Source: Minisyncoccota bacterium (GTDB lineage Bacteria > Patescibacteriota > Minisyncoccia > Phycocordibacterales > SW-6-46-9). From it: a stretch of 64,000 nucleotides of DNA. Positions 11,101-19,822 of the stretch are shown one piece after another (position 1 is the first letter of the stretch; the number at the start of each line of letters is the position of its first letter). Position numbers and translations under genes: made by a program. The stretch spans positions 226,292 to 290,291 of the forward strand of contig JBBDRP010000002.1 in NCBI GenBank assembly GCA_040905385.1. Reading direction: 5' to 3'. The notes beneath the pieces are model-generated. The model saw only the letters and a program-made list of their open reading frames with translations. It did not search any database and was not told the origin of the DNA.

Positions 11101-13117
11101 CAACATTCCACTGACCGCCTCAACGACCGACTGGCAGAGCTTCTACGAGACCCCATCCAGTCGCGTTACCGCCGGCACCGGTCTCTCTTGGAGCACAAAT
11201 ACACTGAATGTAAATGATGTCGAGACGCTGACCACCAGTCTCACCGCCGGATCAATCATCTTTAGCAATGGCACCAACCTCGCCCAGGACAATGCGAACT
11301 TCTTCTGGGACAGTGCTAACAGTCGGCTGGGGATTGGCACCAACGGGCCATCCGCGTTGCTGGAGGTTGCGGCTACTGGCACTACACCGCGTTTCCGCGT
11401 CGAGTCGGCCACTAGTGGCGTCTACGCGCTGGATATTGATGGAGACGACATGGCCACCCTGGGTACCGGTAATGGCCACATCTTTCTGGATACCTCTGGC
11501 ACCACCAATGTAGGTGTGGGTACCTCGACCCCGGCGGTGGACTTCCAGGTCGAGGGAATTGTCCGCCAATCGAACGCGCTTAACTGTGACCTGGAGGCCA
11601 ATGCTAATGGTGATCTGATCTGTGCCGGTACATCTGACTTTAATCTGAAGACGAATATCTTTACCTACAATAGCACCAGCTCGCTGGCAAAGATTAATCA
11701 GCTGGAGGCGCAGACGTATAACTACACGCCGGAGGCGCAGCTGGGTGAGCGCAAGGAGATTGGATTTATTGCCCAGGATGTAGAGAAGATCTTCCCCGAG
11801 CTGGTGGGTGAAAGCAACGGCTACAAGTACATTCGCTACGACAAGCTGACGGTGATTCTGGCCGAGGCGGTCCAGGAGCTGGATGACAAGGTTATCGCGC
11901 TGCAAGCGCAGCAGGCGTCATCAACTGCATCCGGAGATGTGGCTGGTGATAGCGATGGTGCTACTACGTCGGGTACGGAGCAGGTGAATAATGATGACGC
12001 AGAAGAAACTACAGATGAAGCTGAGTCATCGGGAGATGACGAAGTCCCGTCTGAGGAGCAAAGCGACGAAAGCGGGGAAGAAGCATCCTCCAGTATGCTA
12101 GCAGCCGTTGGATCCTGGCTGACTGAGCGGAGGGTAGAGATTACCGACGGTATTGCCCGATTTGTCCGCGGAATCTTCAACTCGGTACGCACCAACCGAC
12201 TTATCGTCGACAACACTCGTGATGATGAAGAGGATGACGAGGATCTTGACCCAGCAGCTGGTACCGGGTTCATTGCTACTGGCGAGCGTTTGGCTGAGAT
12301 AGAGAATAATCAGGCGGCCACCAGCTCGCAGATTATCGTGACCTTTACCCGCGAGATTAATACCTCGTACTGGGTCGAGAAAGCCGAGGGCGCCTTCAGC
12401 GTTCACACCACCGATGATGTGGTGGCCACCACGACCTTTGACTACTTCATTATCGGGGTAGAGATGACCGAGGAGCAGGTGGCATCATCAAGCGCGGTGC
12501 TGCAATCGATCGAGGAGGATGAAGAAGACTCGGACGATGAGAACGGGGGAATGACGCCGATTGATGATGGTGGTGACGAGGAGAGTGGCGATACAGGCGG
12601 TGACAATACTGCCCAGGATGACAGTCAGACCGACTCGGCCGATGACACTGCCTCAACAACCAACGAAACGAACGCAAGTAGCAGTGACCCGTCGAGTGAC
12701 GAAGTGGGTGAGACTGAGGATGATCTGGATACAAGCACCACCACCGCCAGCAGCACACCAGACACGACCACACCGACCATTTCTGGCACCAGTGATGTGA
12801 TTCTTACTGAAGGTGACAGCTTTGATCTACTCGAAGGTGTAACCGCTGAAGATGATATTGATGGCGATATCACTAATAATATTACTGTTGATGAGGGCGG
12901 CTTTGATGCTAATGCTGTCGGTGAATACTTCATCACCTACACTGTCGCAGACCAAGCCGGCAATGAAGCAACAGCCGAACGCACCGTCGTGGTCGAGAAA
13001 GTAGAGGAGGAAGCCGACCCTGACCCTGTGGAGTCAGAAACCGATTCCACAGGGTCTTCAGAGGAAACGGATGAGACTGAGGAGACGGTTTCAACAGAAC
13101 CGACTGATGATGCGTAA
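2156..13117 (+). CDS. Giant (~3650 aa) membrane-anchored fibre protein: N-terminal HTH, TM helix, Thr/Asn-rich repeats, tail-fibre-like GIGTTSP repeats, peptidase S74 chaperone, acidic linker, C-terminal DUF5011/HYR-like Ig domain
   Basis: ATG 2156 follows a TGTACTAT -10-like box. LITTNLAAELTGYSSDYIGQLARDG (excisionase-like HTH); hydrophobic LPAIAMSLMLVASIGIMSFGMIG; many GxVGIGTxxP repeats; SDFNLK...IGFIAQDVEKIFPELV...IRYDKLTVILAEAVQEL (S74); TAEDDIDGDIT...GEYFITYTVADQAGN (Ig). Confidence 0.85.
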   Translation: MDDQLNFENQTLITTNLAAELTGYSSDYIGQLARDGGVASKKIAGRRFVDRDELIAYADENKKSFSIAQLPAEHRPISDEPEPVESSAESSSAPEETIATDEQADNVDQSVPETPAPDSLKTLDDENSGLTVSTDEISQNRASSRWRLTRDKHRSGGGEVAKTSVSRLPAIAMSLMLVASIGIMSFGMIGSGSASDAGQHRTSDDTQSVDQIAASVEAGLLDTSVRSADAKEKSILTSSVDAMSYSVKLAAAAAGTSLNTYVFRPVRNLLSDTIYTGLAGILRFGEVFLPDYFGDYSAEFVLNDDGDIEIDRQRADEQMVAITRIQNRSLSDRVIITALTQLTGVTAQLAERIEDPEATGGVASRDFVRDRIDQLRDIMHGNLDSLMDAVEYDHPNDIELTTADIGTTTSGVLEVTGQTTLSQTLINGPLSVIAPNSTSSNTLFVDTASGRVGINTDTPQYTLDVNGTFRADSFISNSTTTAVNFTASSTDTNTLTADTATITVLTVGDLTATSSADLATTTITDLSASSTDTDSLTADDVVITNSTTTNSYIQQLLADNSTTTNAYVTSLVASSSNLTSAQIEDLIATNSTTTNSYIQNLLNDNTTTTNAYITNLIAEDITVTNATTTNSYIQQLLADNSTTTNAYVTSLVASSSDLTSAQIEDLIATNSTTTNAYIQKLLVDNSTTTNAFITSLVADNLTATSGTITNLVATDSTTTNAYITNLLADNSTSSNLYSSSLIAGSGDITDFTAENATITNATTTNFFATLANFTTAFFDNLTATIADITNLEVDNATTTNLVAVQSTTTDAYIQNLLADQSTTTNLTVTGDTILGNTALDTLTVNATVETDLVPNSNATLNLGSPSFYWNIAYLDTINANNISAASTSISGTQAESFTLNTDNSTQDGEDSELIFYRGQVTPNAVIQWDSVADRFDFNQSLYINNESASTTNPTLVAEGVIGQTADLFQLASSSGDTLFSVGADGSVDLISASATDFTATNATTTNFFASLANFTTAFFDNLTATIASITNLEVDNATTTNLVATDATTTNLTASGQTDLATTSVTGNLDVNSGSLRISDSGRAGFEIENTGASFTNSFITGGIGNPKLFANWTLDDEPSDDTKPTWGTKLAIDQDRFEIIRLPAGIGGDSGTGQLMVVDAAGQVGIGTSTPIVSLDINHTDAVRLPVGTSAQRPSGESGYIRYNSDTAQFEGFYAGAWQGLGGVIDVDQDTYITAEESTDDDHLRFYTAGSEQMTITAAGDVGIGTDNPAERLEVAGSGGTRFLVSDDTGYAAFRLDAASGETSALDFAQAGTNIWGLGMKQQSGNDDFWIWDAPSGDTPRFVIDAVSGDVGIGTTSPANTLDVDGGIDADTLNTGQGDNELYAMDQDVQMTDDVTFASVDTATITTDSFSATSADFVDLTADNATTTNFFASLANFTTAIFDNLTATIATITNLEVDNATTTNLVATDATTTNLTATGQTDLATTTVTGDFTVNTDNLYVDESTGVVGIGINSPSSYSDNVLDLGGGLAFDGQTMFRRLGNDFEIGDMHSGDGNIHNLYFFTNGNSNTDLSIIESGNIGIATRTPAVSLDINATDAVRLPVGTSAERPSGEAGFIRYNSENSQFEGFYAGAWQGLGGVIDVDQDTYITAEESSDEDYLRFYTAGSERMTVTNTGEVGIGTTSPENILSIDTSNTNDDGISLYENGNPLAFIGDSSASFSTGVLRLYYENSERVRINSSGDSYFNGGDIGIGVSSPDELLHVDGDSAESYIKVSTASGDKAGIKFIEGSSDLWTLYHENTSNSFSVNEDGTDYLRIISGGNVGIGTTSPATTLDVAGTTTAQAFSVGGDTINDFTGQGLSVANNILNLDDVETLGTSLTAGSVVFSDGSSLTEDNTNFFWDDANDRLGIGTNSPTSPLHIIDSGFTLAEFTRDSTAGAGFTLSNNTDSINFGLGAGGEFFAGISGGTDNFFAASSTTFQVGSNSRIGFTSGTSPTESNVDTSLFRNAANVLRTNDSFIVDGSIGIGTTSPASELDVWGDFRAGTSSTPTLFSDASTGRVGIGTSSPDHKLTIREDTPNSTFGLHLDGAGSAEPTISFEENGEGENFFLRYSGPDNKFYLGRGVIPGFFSQEAIRMTIERNSGRVGIGTTNPASTLDVAGTTTAQAFSVGGDIINDFTGTGLSVAANVLNVTLSPFSTDDLSEGSNLYFTDQRARDVFSTDATGLTYSAASGVLSLTTGYNIPLTASTTDWQSFYETPSTRITAGTGLSWSANTLNTNDIETLTTSFTAGSIIFSDGTNLAQDNANFFWDDTNNRLGIGTTTPSAILEIVGGGSTPYLRIGSGGGGAYAFEVDENDKVSVGTGNDDIYFNTSGDTQVGVGTSSPISDFTVVGDSYFQGDVEVTGTTSVARFSVATDTITDITGDGLSVVSQGGGGLGLTVDDIETLSTGLSAGSIVFSDGLFLTEDSDNFFWDDASNRLGIGTSSPSETLQVAGTAWLRGSGTTNGLLVNSSGNVGIGTLSPTTTLEVAGTTTAQAFSVGGDTINDFTGQGLSVANNILNLDDVETFSTSLLAGSVVFSDGSTLTEDNANFFWDDANNRLGIGTTSPASKLDVWGDFRAGTSTTPTLFADTAANRVGIGTVSPSHKLTIREDASNATFGMHLEGAGSAEPTISFEEQDEGENFFLRYSGADNNFYLGRGVIPGFASQEAIRMTIERDSDRVGIGTTNPASTLDVAGDITSSGVLDINGTGTSTFEGGIDIAGSILPRSDAAYDLGSASLQWRDVYISSGSLYIGGQKVLEEDADGDINITADPDQNLKLTATGTGSVQLGATGSGSTNVISGNFGIGIGTTSPATTLEVGGTATVNALAVGGDTISDFTGTGLSVASNVLNVSLASFSTTDLAEGTNLYFTNERAEDAAGGMFSGNTETLITATYEDGDGTVDLVVDNNLANYSNATSLFLDGVTATGLEKSGTDVALTTGYNIPLTASTTDWQSFYETPSSRVTAGTGLSWSTNTLNVNDVETLTTSLTAGSIIFSNGTNLAQDNANFFWDSANSRLGIGTNGPSALLEVAATGTTPRFRVESATSGVYALDIDGDDMATLGTGNGHIFLDTSGTTNVGVGTSTPAVDFQVEGIVRQSNALNCDLEANANGDLICAGTSDFNLKTNIFTYNSTSSLAKINQLEAQTYNYTPEAQLGERKEIGFIAQDVEKIFPELVGESNGYKYIRYDKLTVILAEAVQELDDKVIALQAQQASSTASGDVAGDSDGATTSGTEQVNNDDAEETTDEAESSGDDEVPSEEQSDESGEEASSSMLAAVGSWLTERRVEITDGIARFVRGIFNSVRTNRLIVDNTRDDEEDDEDLDPAAGTGFIATGERLAEIENNQAATSSQIIVTFTREINTSYWVEKAEGAFSVHTTDDVVATTTFDYFIIGVEMTEEQVASSSAVLQSIEEDEEDSDDENGGMTPIDDGGDEESGDTGGDNTAQDDSQTDSADDTASTTNETNASSSDPSSDEVGETEDDLDTSTTTASSTPDTTTPTISGTSDVILTEGDSFDLLEGVTAEDDIDGDITNNITVDEGGFDANAVGEYFITYTVADQAGNEATAERTVVVEKVEEEADPDPVESETDSTGSSEETDETEETVSTEPTDDA

Positions 13118-13126
13118 GACAACATC

Positions 13127-13153
13127 GTCTGTAACAATCGGATTGTTACAGAC
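13127..13153. repeat. REP-like hairpin, variant copy
   Basis: gtctgtaacaat-cgg-attgttacagac: same outer stem and length as the hairpins around the transposase, with a compensatory gg/cc to ca/tg change. Confidence 0.7.
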
Positions 13154-13176
13154 ACCTAGTATTAGGGCTTAAATTT

Positions 13177-16100
13177 ATGAGTACGAATTTTATACAATCG
13201 GTGAAAGGCTTTATTAGCGAGAATACGCGTCTGGCGGCGGTATTGTTGGTGGTCTTTTTGGCGCTGGTAACCTTGCTCGTGTTGGGGGTCAGCAGTATTC
13301 AGGCGACCTGGTACAGCGACACGAGTGGCAGCGGAACCTGGGACTATCGTCAGCGGATCATTATCGATAGCGACCAGGTTGACTCGAATCTGCAAGACTT
13401 TCCTGTTTACGTTGATCTTGTTGATCTCGGCAGCCAATTTTTTAGTAACGTCGCGGCCGACGGTGGTGATATTCGCGTGACCAATGCGGTTGGTGAGGAG
13501 CTGCCGCGAGAGGTTGTTTCCGTCGACACCGCCTCCTCGACGGGAGAGCTGCACTTCAAGGCCGATAATCTCTCCAGCACGGCGGACACGACCTTCTATA
13601 TTTATTATGGTAATGCTGATACAGGTAATTACGCCACCAGCAGCACGTACGGTGCCCAGAATGTTTGGACGAATAATGAGGCAGCAGTATGGCACCTTAA
13701 TGAAGATCCCAGCGGTACGGCACCGCAGATACTTGATAGCACCGTAAATAATATTCATGGAACCACTGGTGGCTCGATGACGAGTGCTGATTCTGTTCTT
13801 GGAAGACTTGGCAGGGCGCTTGATTTCGACGGTACTGATGATGATGTAGAAATTCCGGATAACATTTTAATAAACATAGCTGACTCATATGACCAGAAAA
13901 CTCAAACAGTATGGTTCAAGGCTGATGAGGTAACTAGTCGGCAGGTCATCTGGGAGGAAGGTGGTTTTGCAAACGGTATAAATATATATGTAGATAGTGG
14001 TACATTGTACGGCCGAGCCTGGAGTGATAGCGAAAGCTGGTCAAAGGAGCTACAGGTAACAACCAGTGTGGCGGCAGATACGTGGTATCAGGTTTATCTG
14101 GTTCTTGATGCACCGAATGATTCACTTGAAATGTTTGTTAATGGTAGTTCAGTGGGGACGGATAATAAGACAGACGGTAATTTTCATAGTGGTCACGGTA
14201 ACGATATTGGTATTGGTAAAGTACAGGGAGATACGAGAACCCACGTAGGAGATGAAGTAGGTTTAGAATTTAACGGTGTTATTGATGAAGTTAGGCATAT
14301 CAATGAAGATCTGCGTTCTGCCGACTGGATCGCCGCCGAATACACCAACCAAAACGCACCAAATACCTTCTACACCGCTGGCAGCCAGGAAACGCAAAGC
14401 TCATCCAACGTGCCGTTTGGTGACAACCCGGGTGGTGACTTTGCCGACGGGGACTGGGACTTCCGCGAGAAGATTACCATCCACGCTGATCAGGTTGATG
14501 CGAACCTTTCCGACTTTCCGGTGTATGTCGACCTGGCTGATATGAGTGTCAGCTTTTTCGCCAATACATCCGTTAACTGTGGTGATATACGTATGACCAA
14601 TGCTTCCGGTACCGAGCTGGCGCGCGAGGTGGTGGCGTGTGATACGTCAGCCGAGACCGGTGAGCTGCACTTCAAGGCTGACTCACTTTCCAGTACTACG
14701 GACACCGTTTTTTATATTTATTATGATAATCCAGATGCTCATGACTACGTAGTAGATGCCACGTATGGGGCGCAGAATGTCTGGACGAATAACCACGTTG
14801 GTGTGTGGCATCTGAATGAAAGCTCAGGAAACACTCTTGATTCAACATCAAATAATAATGACGCAACAACTAACGGCCCTATACAGGGAGTAGAGGGACA
14901 AGTTGGAGATGCTTACTCTTTTGATGGGGCGGATGACTACGTAGAAATCGATAATTTAATCGACGAAATCCCAAATACGTTTTCTGTCTGGGTAAAAGTA
15001 GCGACTGATGTTGGTGATGGAAGAATAGGAGTCATTGCAGGTAATTATCCTGGTGATGGTTCCGCTATAAATATTGAAGGATATTTCAATGGTGAGGTAA
15101 GGATGTATTGGAATGGCGGACAGGAAAATATAAGATACGAAACGGATATAAGAACTGGCGAATGGGAGCATTTGGTATTTGTGAGAGATGTAGCAGCTGA
15201 TGAGATCAGATTATACCGTAATGGTATTAATATACCGAAGACAAGTGATGCGGGAGATGACGTAACACTAGCAGACAACAATAATAAGTTCAGAATTGGT
15301 TCCGATCATCCGAGCGATAGAGAGCCTTTCGAAGGTGATATAGATAATCTTCATATCTATAACACTGATCTCTCTGAAGAAGAAATCTCCGCTATATACA
15401 ACAACCAGAACTCACCATCCACCTTCTACACCATCTCTGGCGGTGTTTCTGCAGCGCCGGTGCTGCTGACTCCAGAAGACACGTCCACTGAGGTGGTGCG
15501 CAACCCGACTCTGGACTGGGAGCCGGTACAAAACGCTGGTGAGTATCAGGTGCAGGTGTCGCCGACCTCGACCTTCTCATCCATCGTGGTGGATGCAGAT
15601 GTGAGCACCAGCGAGATAACCCTGGGCACGCCGTACCCATCACTGAATGCCAGCACGACCTATCACTGGCGCGTGCGGACGGTGGATGGGCAGGACTTCG
15701 GTACGTGGTCAACTGATTTCGAATTTACGACAGCGGCTGGTCTGGCCGGCAGCGGTACCGAGGCCGATCCGTACCTTGTCAGCACCCCACAGGATCTGGA
15801 TGATGTTCGCAATGATTTGACTGCTTATTACAGGCAGGAAAATGATATTGATCTTACTTTCGATACGCAGGATCCAGCGGGATTATTTTACAATTCAGGT
15901 CAAGGCTGGATTACGATTGATGATTTCGAGGGTGATTATGATCTCAATGGGTATTCTGTCCTGGGAATGTTTCAAGATAGGTCAGGTTTTTATAATCGAG
16001 GACTGTTTAGATTAATCAATGCAGGAACCTTACATGACGGCCACATTGATGGAGATATTACAGGAATTGATTCTAATACAGAGGGTTCAGGTGTTGCAGT

Positions 16101-19100
16101 AGCAACAATTGGTTCAACAGGAGGTGTTCATCGGGTTAAAACAACAGGAAGTGTAGTAGCACAGAGAACAGATTTCTTCGTAACAAATGCTGCTGGTATT
16201 ACAAGTAATAACAATGGAAGCATATCAGATTCTTATAATGAGGCAGTTATTAAACAGGGTCTTGATGAGGGAGAACCTACTAGATATGGTGGAATAGCTG
16301 GACAAAATACCTCAAATATTAATAGGGTTCTGAATACTGGAAATGTTATTGTAACAACAGCAACAAGTGTCGGAGCAGTTCGGGGTTTGGACTCTGCTGG
16401 AGATATATCTAATTCTTTTTATGATCAAGATGTCGTTGATGTCGATGACCCAGAAGCAACCGGATTAACCACTGCTAATGCACAGTCTTTATCAACGTAT
16501 GAAAATGCTGGTTGGGACATTGTCCCGATCGAGCATCACGACGGGCGGAAGTCGACGGCGACCTGGTACATCGACGACGGCAACGACTACCCGCGCCTGT
16601 GGTTCGAGTACGAGGGAGAGGGTTGGTACGACGACGGCTGGAGCCACCGCGAGAAGGTCACGATCAACGCCAGCGAGGTGGATGCGACGCTGGAAGACTT
16701 TCCGGTCTATGTTGACCTGGCTGATTTCGGCGCCACCTTTTTTGCCAATGTTGATGGCGACGGCGGCGACATCCGCGTCACCAAGGCGGACGGTACTACC
16801 GAGCTCCCGCGTGAAGTGGTATCAGTAGATACCGGCGGATCCTCCGGCGAGCTGCACTTCAAGGCCGACCGTCTCTCCAGCACCACCGACACGACCTTCT
16901 ACGTCTATTATGGCAATCCAGATGCGATAGATTATGTGACAGATTATGCGTATGGTGCTGAGAATGTGTGGACAAATGGAACGCAACTGGTATACCACCT
17001 GCAGGATGATCCATCTGGTACCGGTCCGCAGATAAATGACTCAACCAGCGGTGGGTATGATGGTACTGCAAGCTCCATGCAAAGCAGTGACAGTGTTACC
17101 GGAAAGGTTGGAAAAGCTCTAGCTTTTGATGGCACGAAGTATATCGATACGGGTACTGAGTATGTTGGAGATACCGGTTTATTCGCTGATGGTAATGAGA
17201 ATTTCACTGTCAGTATCTGGTCAAAAATTAATTCGGGTGATGAAGGTACCCTGATTGCTCGCGCTGGTGGCTCTTCAGGAAGTAGGACTTTTCAGCTTGT
17301 TTCGTGGCCATCAGGAAATGAAACGCCAGGATATTACCTACGTGGAGAGTTAACTGCAACTAATTTAGGCTTTGATGACGGAACCTGGCACCAGACGACA
17401 CTCGTTTGGAATGGTTCCCAAATGGATTATTATCTGGATGGTGAGTACATGAGTAGCCCGGCAGTTGGTACTGCCGCTGAAGAAATCGGTGAAGCCATCA
17501 TTCTCGGAGCCAGAACTGGTGGTTCTGGTTTTTTGCTCGAAGGTCTTCTTGACGAGCCACGTATCTGGGATCGTGCATTATCTCAGCATGAAGTATCTGC
17601 CGAATACACTAACCAAAATGATCCATCCACCTTTTACACCGTTGCTGGTACCGAGGACGTCATCACCATGGACGGCACCGGTACGGCGGGTAATCCGTAC
17701 CTCATTGAGACGCCACAGGATCTAGATGATGTTCGCAAAGACCTCAATGCCTACTACCAACTGGCCAATGATATCGACCTGACCTTTGATACGCAGAACG
17801 CGGACGGAGATTTCTATAATGGCGGCAGCGGATGGGATCCAATCGCCACGACGAGCGCTAATTCTTTTACTGGTAGCCTTGATTTCGAGGGATATAAAAT
17901 TAGTGGATTAATGATAAATAAGCCATCAGAAAATAATCAATCATTATTTGGCTTCACTGATGGAGTAGAGTTTAACGATGTTTGGATTGAGGCAGATATT
18001 ACAGGACGTTTCAGAGCAACTATACTGACCTCACTTAATACTGGTGTATCAGTTGTTAATGGCATTAAAGCCGAAGGTGTTATAACAGGAGAAGGCAGTT
18101 CAACTGCTGAAATAGGTATAGTTGTAGGGTATCACGAAGGAACTTTCACCGTAAATGATGCCTCTTTTGATGTTCAGATTAATAATCCAAACAATCTTAA
18201 ACGAGTGGGTGGAGCTGTTGGTCACAACTATTTTGCTGGGGATGAGTTTACTGTTAACAGAGGCTTAACGAGAGGGCTATATAACTTCGATACAACAGTT
18301 GATGATACAGATCCTTTTATTGGTAATAGAGGCGCTACGAGTGTTGTTAATGATAGTTTTATTGATAGTGAGACAAGTGGTTTTCCTGCAGTAGATATTG
18401 ATGATAATACTACCTCTCTTACCACTGCCGAGGCGCAGGATATCGATACGTACCTGGATGCTGGCTGGGACATTATTGATATATCTCAGCATGATGGGGA
18501 GCGTGCGACGGCCATCTGGTTTATAGACGACGGTAATGATTACCCGCGCCTATGGTTCGAGCGTGACGGGGTAGAGAGTACGAACTTTGGCGACAGTGCG
18601 GACGGTGACTTTGTCGACACCGACTGGGGCTATCGCGAAAAGATTACCATTAACGCCAGCGAGGTGGATGCAACGTTGACCGATTTTCCGGTCTATATCG
18701 ACCTGGCCGATCTCGATAGTGAGTTTTTCGACAACGTGAAAAGTGATGGTGGTGATATCCGCGTGACGGCTGCTGACGGTACAACCGAGCTGGCGCGCGA
18801 GGTTGTGTCCATAGATACAGCGGCCCAGACGGGTGAGTTACACTTCAAGGCGCCATCACTTTCGGCCTCGACTAATACCGAGTTCTACATCTATTTTGGT
18901 AACTCTAGCGCGGTGGATTACCAGGCCGGGGATACGTACGGACGCAATGCGATGTGGAGCAATGGCTACAAGTCCGTCTACCACATGCAGGAAGATCCGT
19001 CCAGGACGGCACCACAGATAATCGACTCAACCGGTGGTGACAAGGCGACCAGTAGTGGGGCAATGACTATCGATGACAGTGTTTCTGGCCAGCTGGCTGG

Positions 19101-19737
19101 AAATGCCCTTGATTTTGATGGTAGTGATGATCATGTTCATATGCCGGAGCGACACACAGGTGGTGAAAGTGAGGTGACGCTATCGCTGTGGTTGAACCCA
19201 GTTTCCTGCGGATCGTCACAGGCGATTTACGACGAAGCCTGGGATGACGATCCTGATCAACCACGTTACTGGCAATTTGCCATCGATTGTGGCACTTGGT
19301 ATACCCGTGATACTAGCACTGGAAAGACCGGTAGTCGCAATAATGACCTTTCCTTACCAGCCTTGACTAATGGATCCTGGCAGCATCTGACCTTTGCTTA
19401 CAGCGCAGGTAGTGGTTATAAGCGAATCTATCTGGACGGAGCCCAGTCAGCTGAGACAACCAATAGCGTTGATCAGCTTACAAGTGATGAGGCTGGATTC
19501 GACTTCATTGCTCGACCCAATGATGGTAGCTATTTTGATGGCAATATTGATGAGGTTCGGGTAGCAACTGCACAGCGATCACAAAGCTGGATCGCCGCCG
19601 AATACACCAACCAAAACGCTCCATCCACCTTCTACACCGTTGGTGATGCGCAGACCGTGGATGAGAGTGCTGCAGAAGGAAACTCGGCCACAGAAATCCG
19701 CGGCGGCGAGTTCCGCGGCGGCGTAGAGTTCAGATAA
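13177..19737 (+). CDS. Secreted 2186-aa mosaic surface protein: 4x (DUF2341 + LamG/ConA-like), FN3-like and 2x GLUG-type domains
   Basis: Signal peptide ending SSIQA; four W.yReKITI...DFPVYVDL...DGGDIRVT...ELpREVV...GELHFKA...FYIYYGN units, each followed by a LamG-like domain (ALDFDG..D, IDEVR); GSGTEADPYLVSTPQDLDDVRNDL GLUG-type starts. Confidence 0.85.
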   Translation: MSTNFIQSVKGFISENTRLAAVLLVVFLALVTLLVLGVSSIQATWYSDTSGSGTWDYRQRIIIDSDQVDSNLQDFPVYVDLVDLGSQFFSNVAADGGDIRVTNAVGEELPREVVSVDTASSTGELHFKADNLSSTADTTFYIYYGNADTGNYATSSTYGAQNVWTNNEAAVWHLNEDPSGTAPQILDSTVNNIHGTTGGSMTSADSVLGRLGRALDFDGTDDDVEIPDNILINIADSYDQKTQTVWFKADEVTSRQVIWEEGGFANGINIYVDSGTLYGRAWSDSESWSKELQVTTSVAADTWYQVYLVLDAPNDSLEMFVNGSSVGTDNKTDGNFHSGHGNDIGIGKVQGDTRTHVGDEVGLEFNGVIDEVRHINEDLRSADWIAAEYTNQNAPNTFYTAGSQETQSSSNVPFGDNPGGDFADGDWDFREKITIHADQVDANLSDFPVYVDLADMSVSFFANTSVNCGDIRMTNASGTELAREVVACDTSAETGELHFKADSLSSTTDTVFYIYYDNPDAHDYVVDATYGAQNVWTNNHVGVWHLNESSGNTLDSTSNNNDATTNGPIQGVEGQVGDAYSFDGADDYVEIDNLIDEIPNTFSVWVKVATDVGDGRIGVIAGNYPGDGSAINIEGYFNGEVRMYWNGGQENIRYETDIRTGEWEHLVFVRDVAADEIRLYRNGINIPKTSDAGDDVTLADNNNKFRIGSDHPSDREPFEGDIDNLHIYNTDLSEEEISAIYNNQNSPSTFYTISGGVSAAPVLLTPEDTSTEVVRNPTLDWEPVQNAGEYQVQVSPTSTFSSIVVDADVSTSEITLGTPYPSLNASTTYHWRVRTVDGQDFGTWSTDFEFTTAAGLAGSGTEADPYLVSTPQDLDDVRNDLTAYYRQENDIDLTFDTQDPAGLFYNSGQGWITIDDFEGDYDLNGYSVLGMFQDRSGFYNRGLFRLINAGTLHDGHIDGDITGIDSNTEGSGVAVATIGSTGGVHRVKTTGSVVAQRTDFFVTNAAGITSNNNGSISDSYNEAVIKQGLDEGEPTRYGGIAGQNTSNINRVLNTGNVIVTTATSVGAVRGLDSAGDISNSFYDQDVVDVDDPEATGLTTANAQSLSTYENAGWDIVPIEHHDGRKSTATWYIDDGNDYPRLWFEYEGEGWYDDGWSHREKVTINASEVDATLEDFPVYVDLADFGATFFANVDGDGGDIRVTKADGTTELPREVVSVDTGGSSGELHFKADRLSSTTDTTFYVYYGNPDAIDYVTDYAYGAENVWTNGTQLVYHLQDDPSGTGPQINDSTSGGYDGTASSMQSSDSVTGKVGKALAFDGTKYIDTGTEYVGDTGLFADGNENFTVSIWSKINSGDEGTLIARAGGSSGSRTFQLVSWPSGNETPGYYLRGELTATNLGFDDGTWHQTTLVWNGSQMDYYLDGEYMSSPAVGTAAEEIGEAIILGARTGGSGFLLEGLLDEPRIWDRALSQHEVSAEYTNQNDPSTFYTVAGTEDVITMDGTGTAGNPYLIETPQDLDDVRKDLNAYYQLANDIDLTFDTQNADGDFYNGGSGWDPIATTSANSFTGSLDFEGYKISGLMINKPSENNQSLFGFTDGVEFNDVWIEADITGRFRATILTSLNTGVSVVNGIKAEGVITGEGSSTAEIGIVVGYHEGTFTVNDASFDVQINNPNNLKRVGGAVGHNYFAGDEFTVNRGLTRGLYNFDTTVDDTDPFIGNRGATSVVNDSFIDSETSGFPAVDIDDNTTSLTTAEAQDIDTYLDAGWDIIDISQHDGERATAIWFIDDGNDYPRLWFERDGVESTNFGDSADGDFVDTDWGYREKITINASEVDATLTDFPVYIDLADLDSEFFDNVKSDGGDIRVTAADGTTELAREVVSIDTAAQTGELHFKAPSLSASTNTEFYIYFGNSSAVDYQAGDTYGRNAMWSNGYKSVYHMQEDPSRTAPQIIDSTGGDKATSSGAMTIDDSVSGQLAGNALDFDGSDDHVHMPERHTGGESEVTLSLWLNPVSCGSSQAIYDEAWDDDPDQPRYWQFAIDCGTWYTRDTSTGKTGSRNNDLSLPALTNGSWQHLTFAYSAGSGYKRIYLDGAQSAETTNSVDQLTSDEAGFDFIARPNDGSYFDGNIDEVRVATAQRSQSWIAAEYTNQNAPSTFYTVGDAQTVDESAAEGNSATEIRGGEFRGGVEFR

Positions 19738-19763
19738 AACCCTCACCCAACCACCACCTCTAC

Positions 19764-19791
19764 GTCTCGTAAGGATAACATCCTTGCAGAC
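19764..19791. repeat. REP-like hairpin upstream of Y1 transposase
   Basis: gtctcgtaaggat-aac-atccttgcagac. Confidence 0.8.
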
Positions 19792-19822
19792 ACTATAAGA
19801 TAAGCCTTAAATTCAACATTCT

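Noticed and set aside
2156-13117. Prophage, suggested by the tail-fibre repeats and S74 domain
   Set aside because: No capsid, terminase, portal or integrase genes; the protein has a TM anchor and sits in a cellular context
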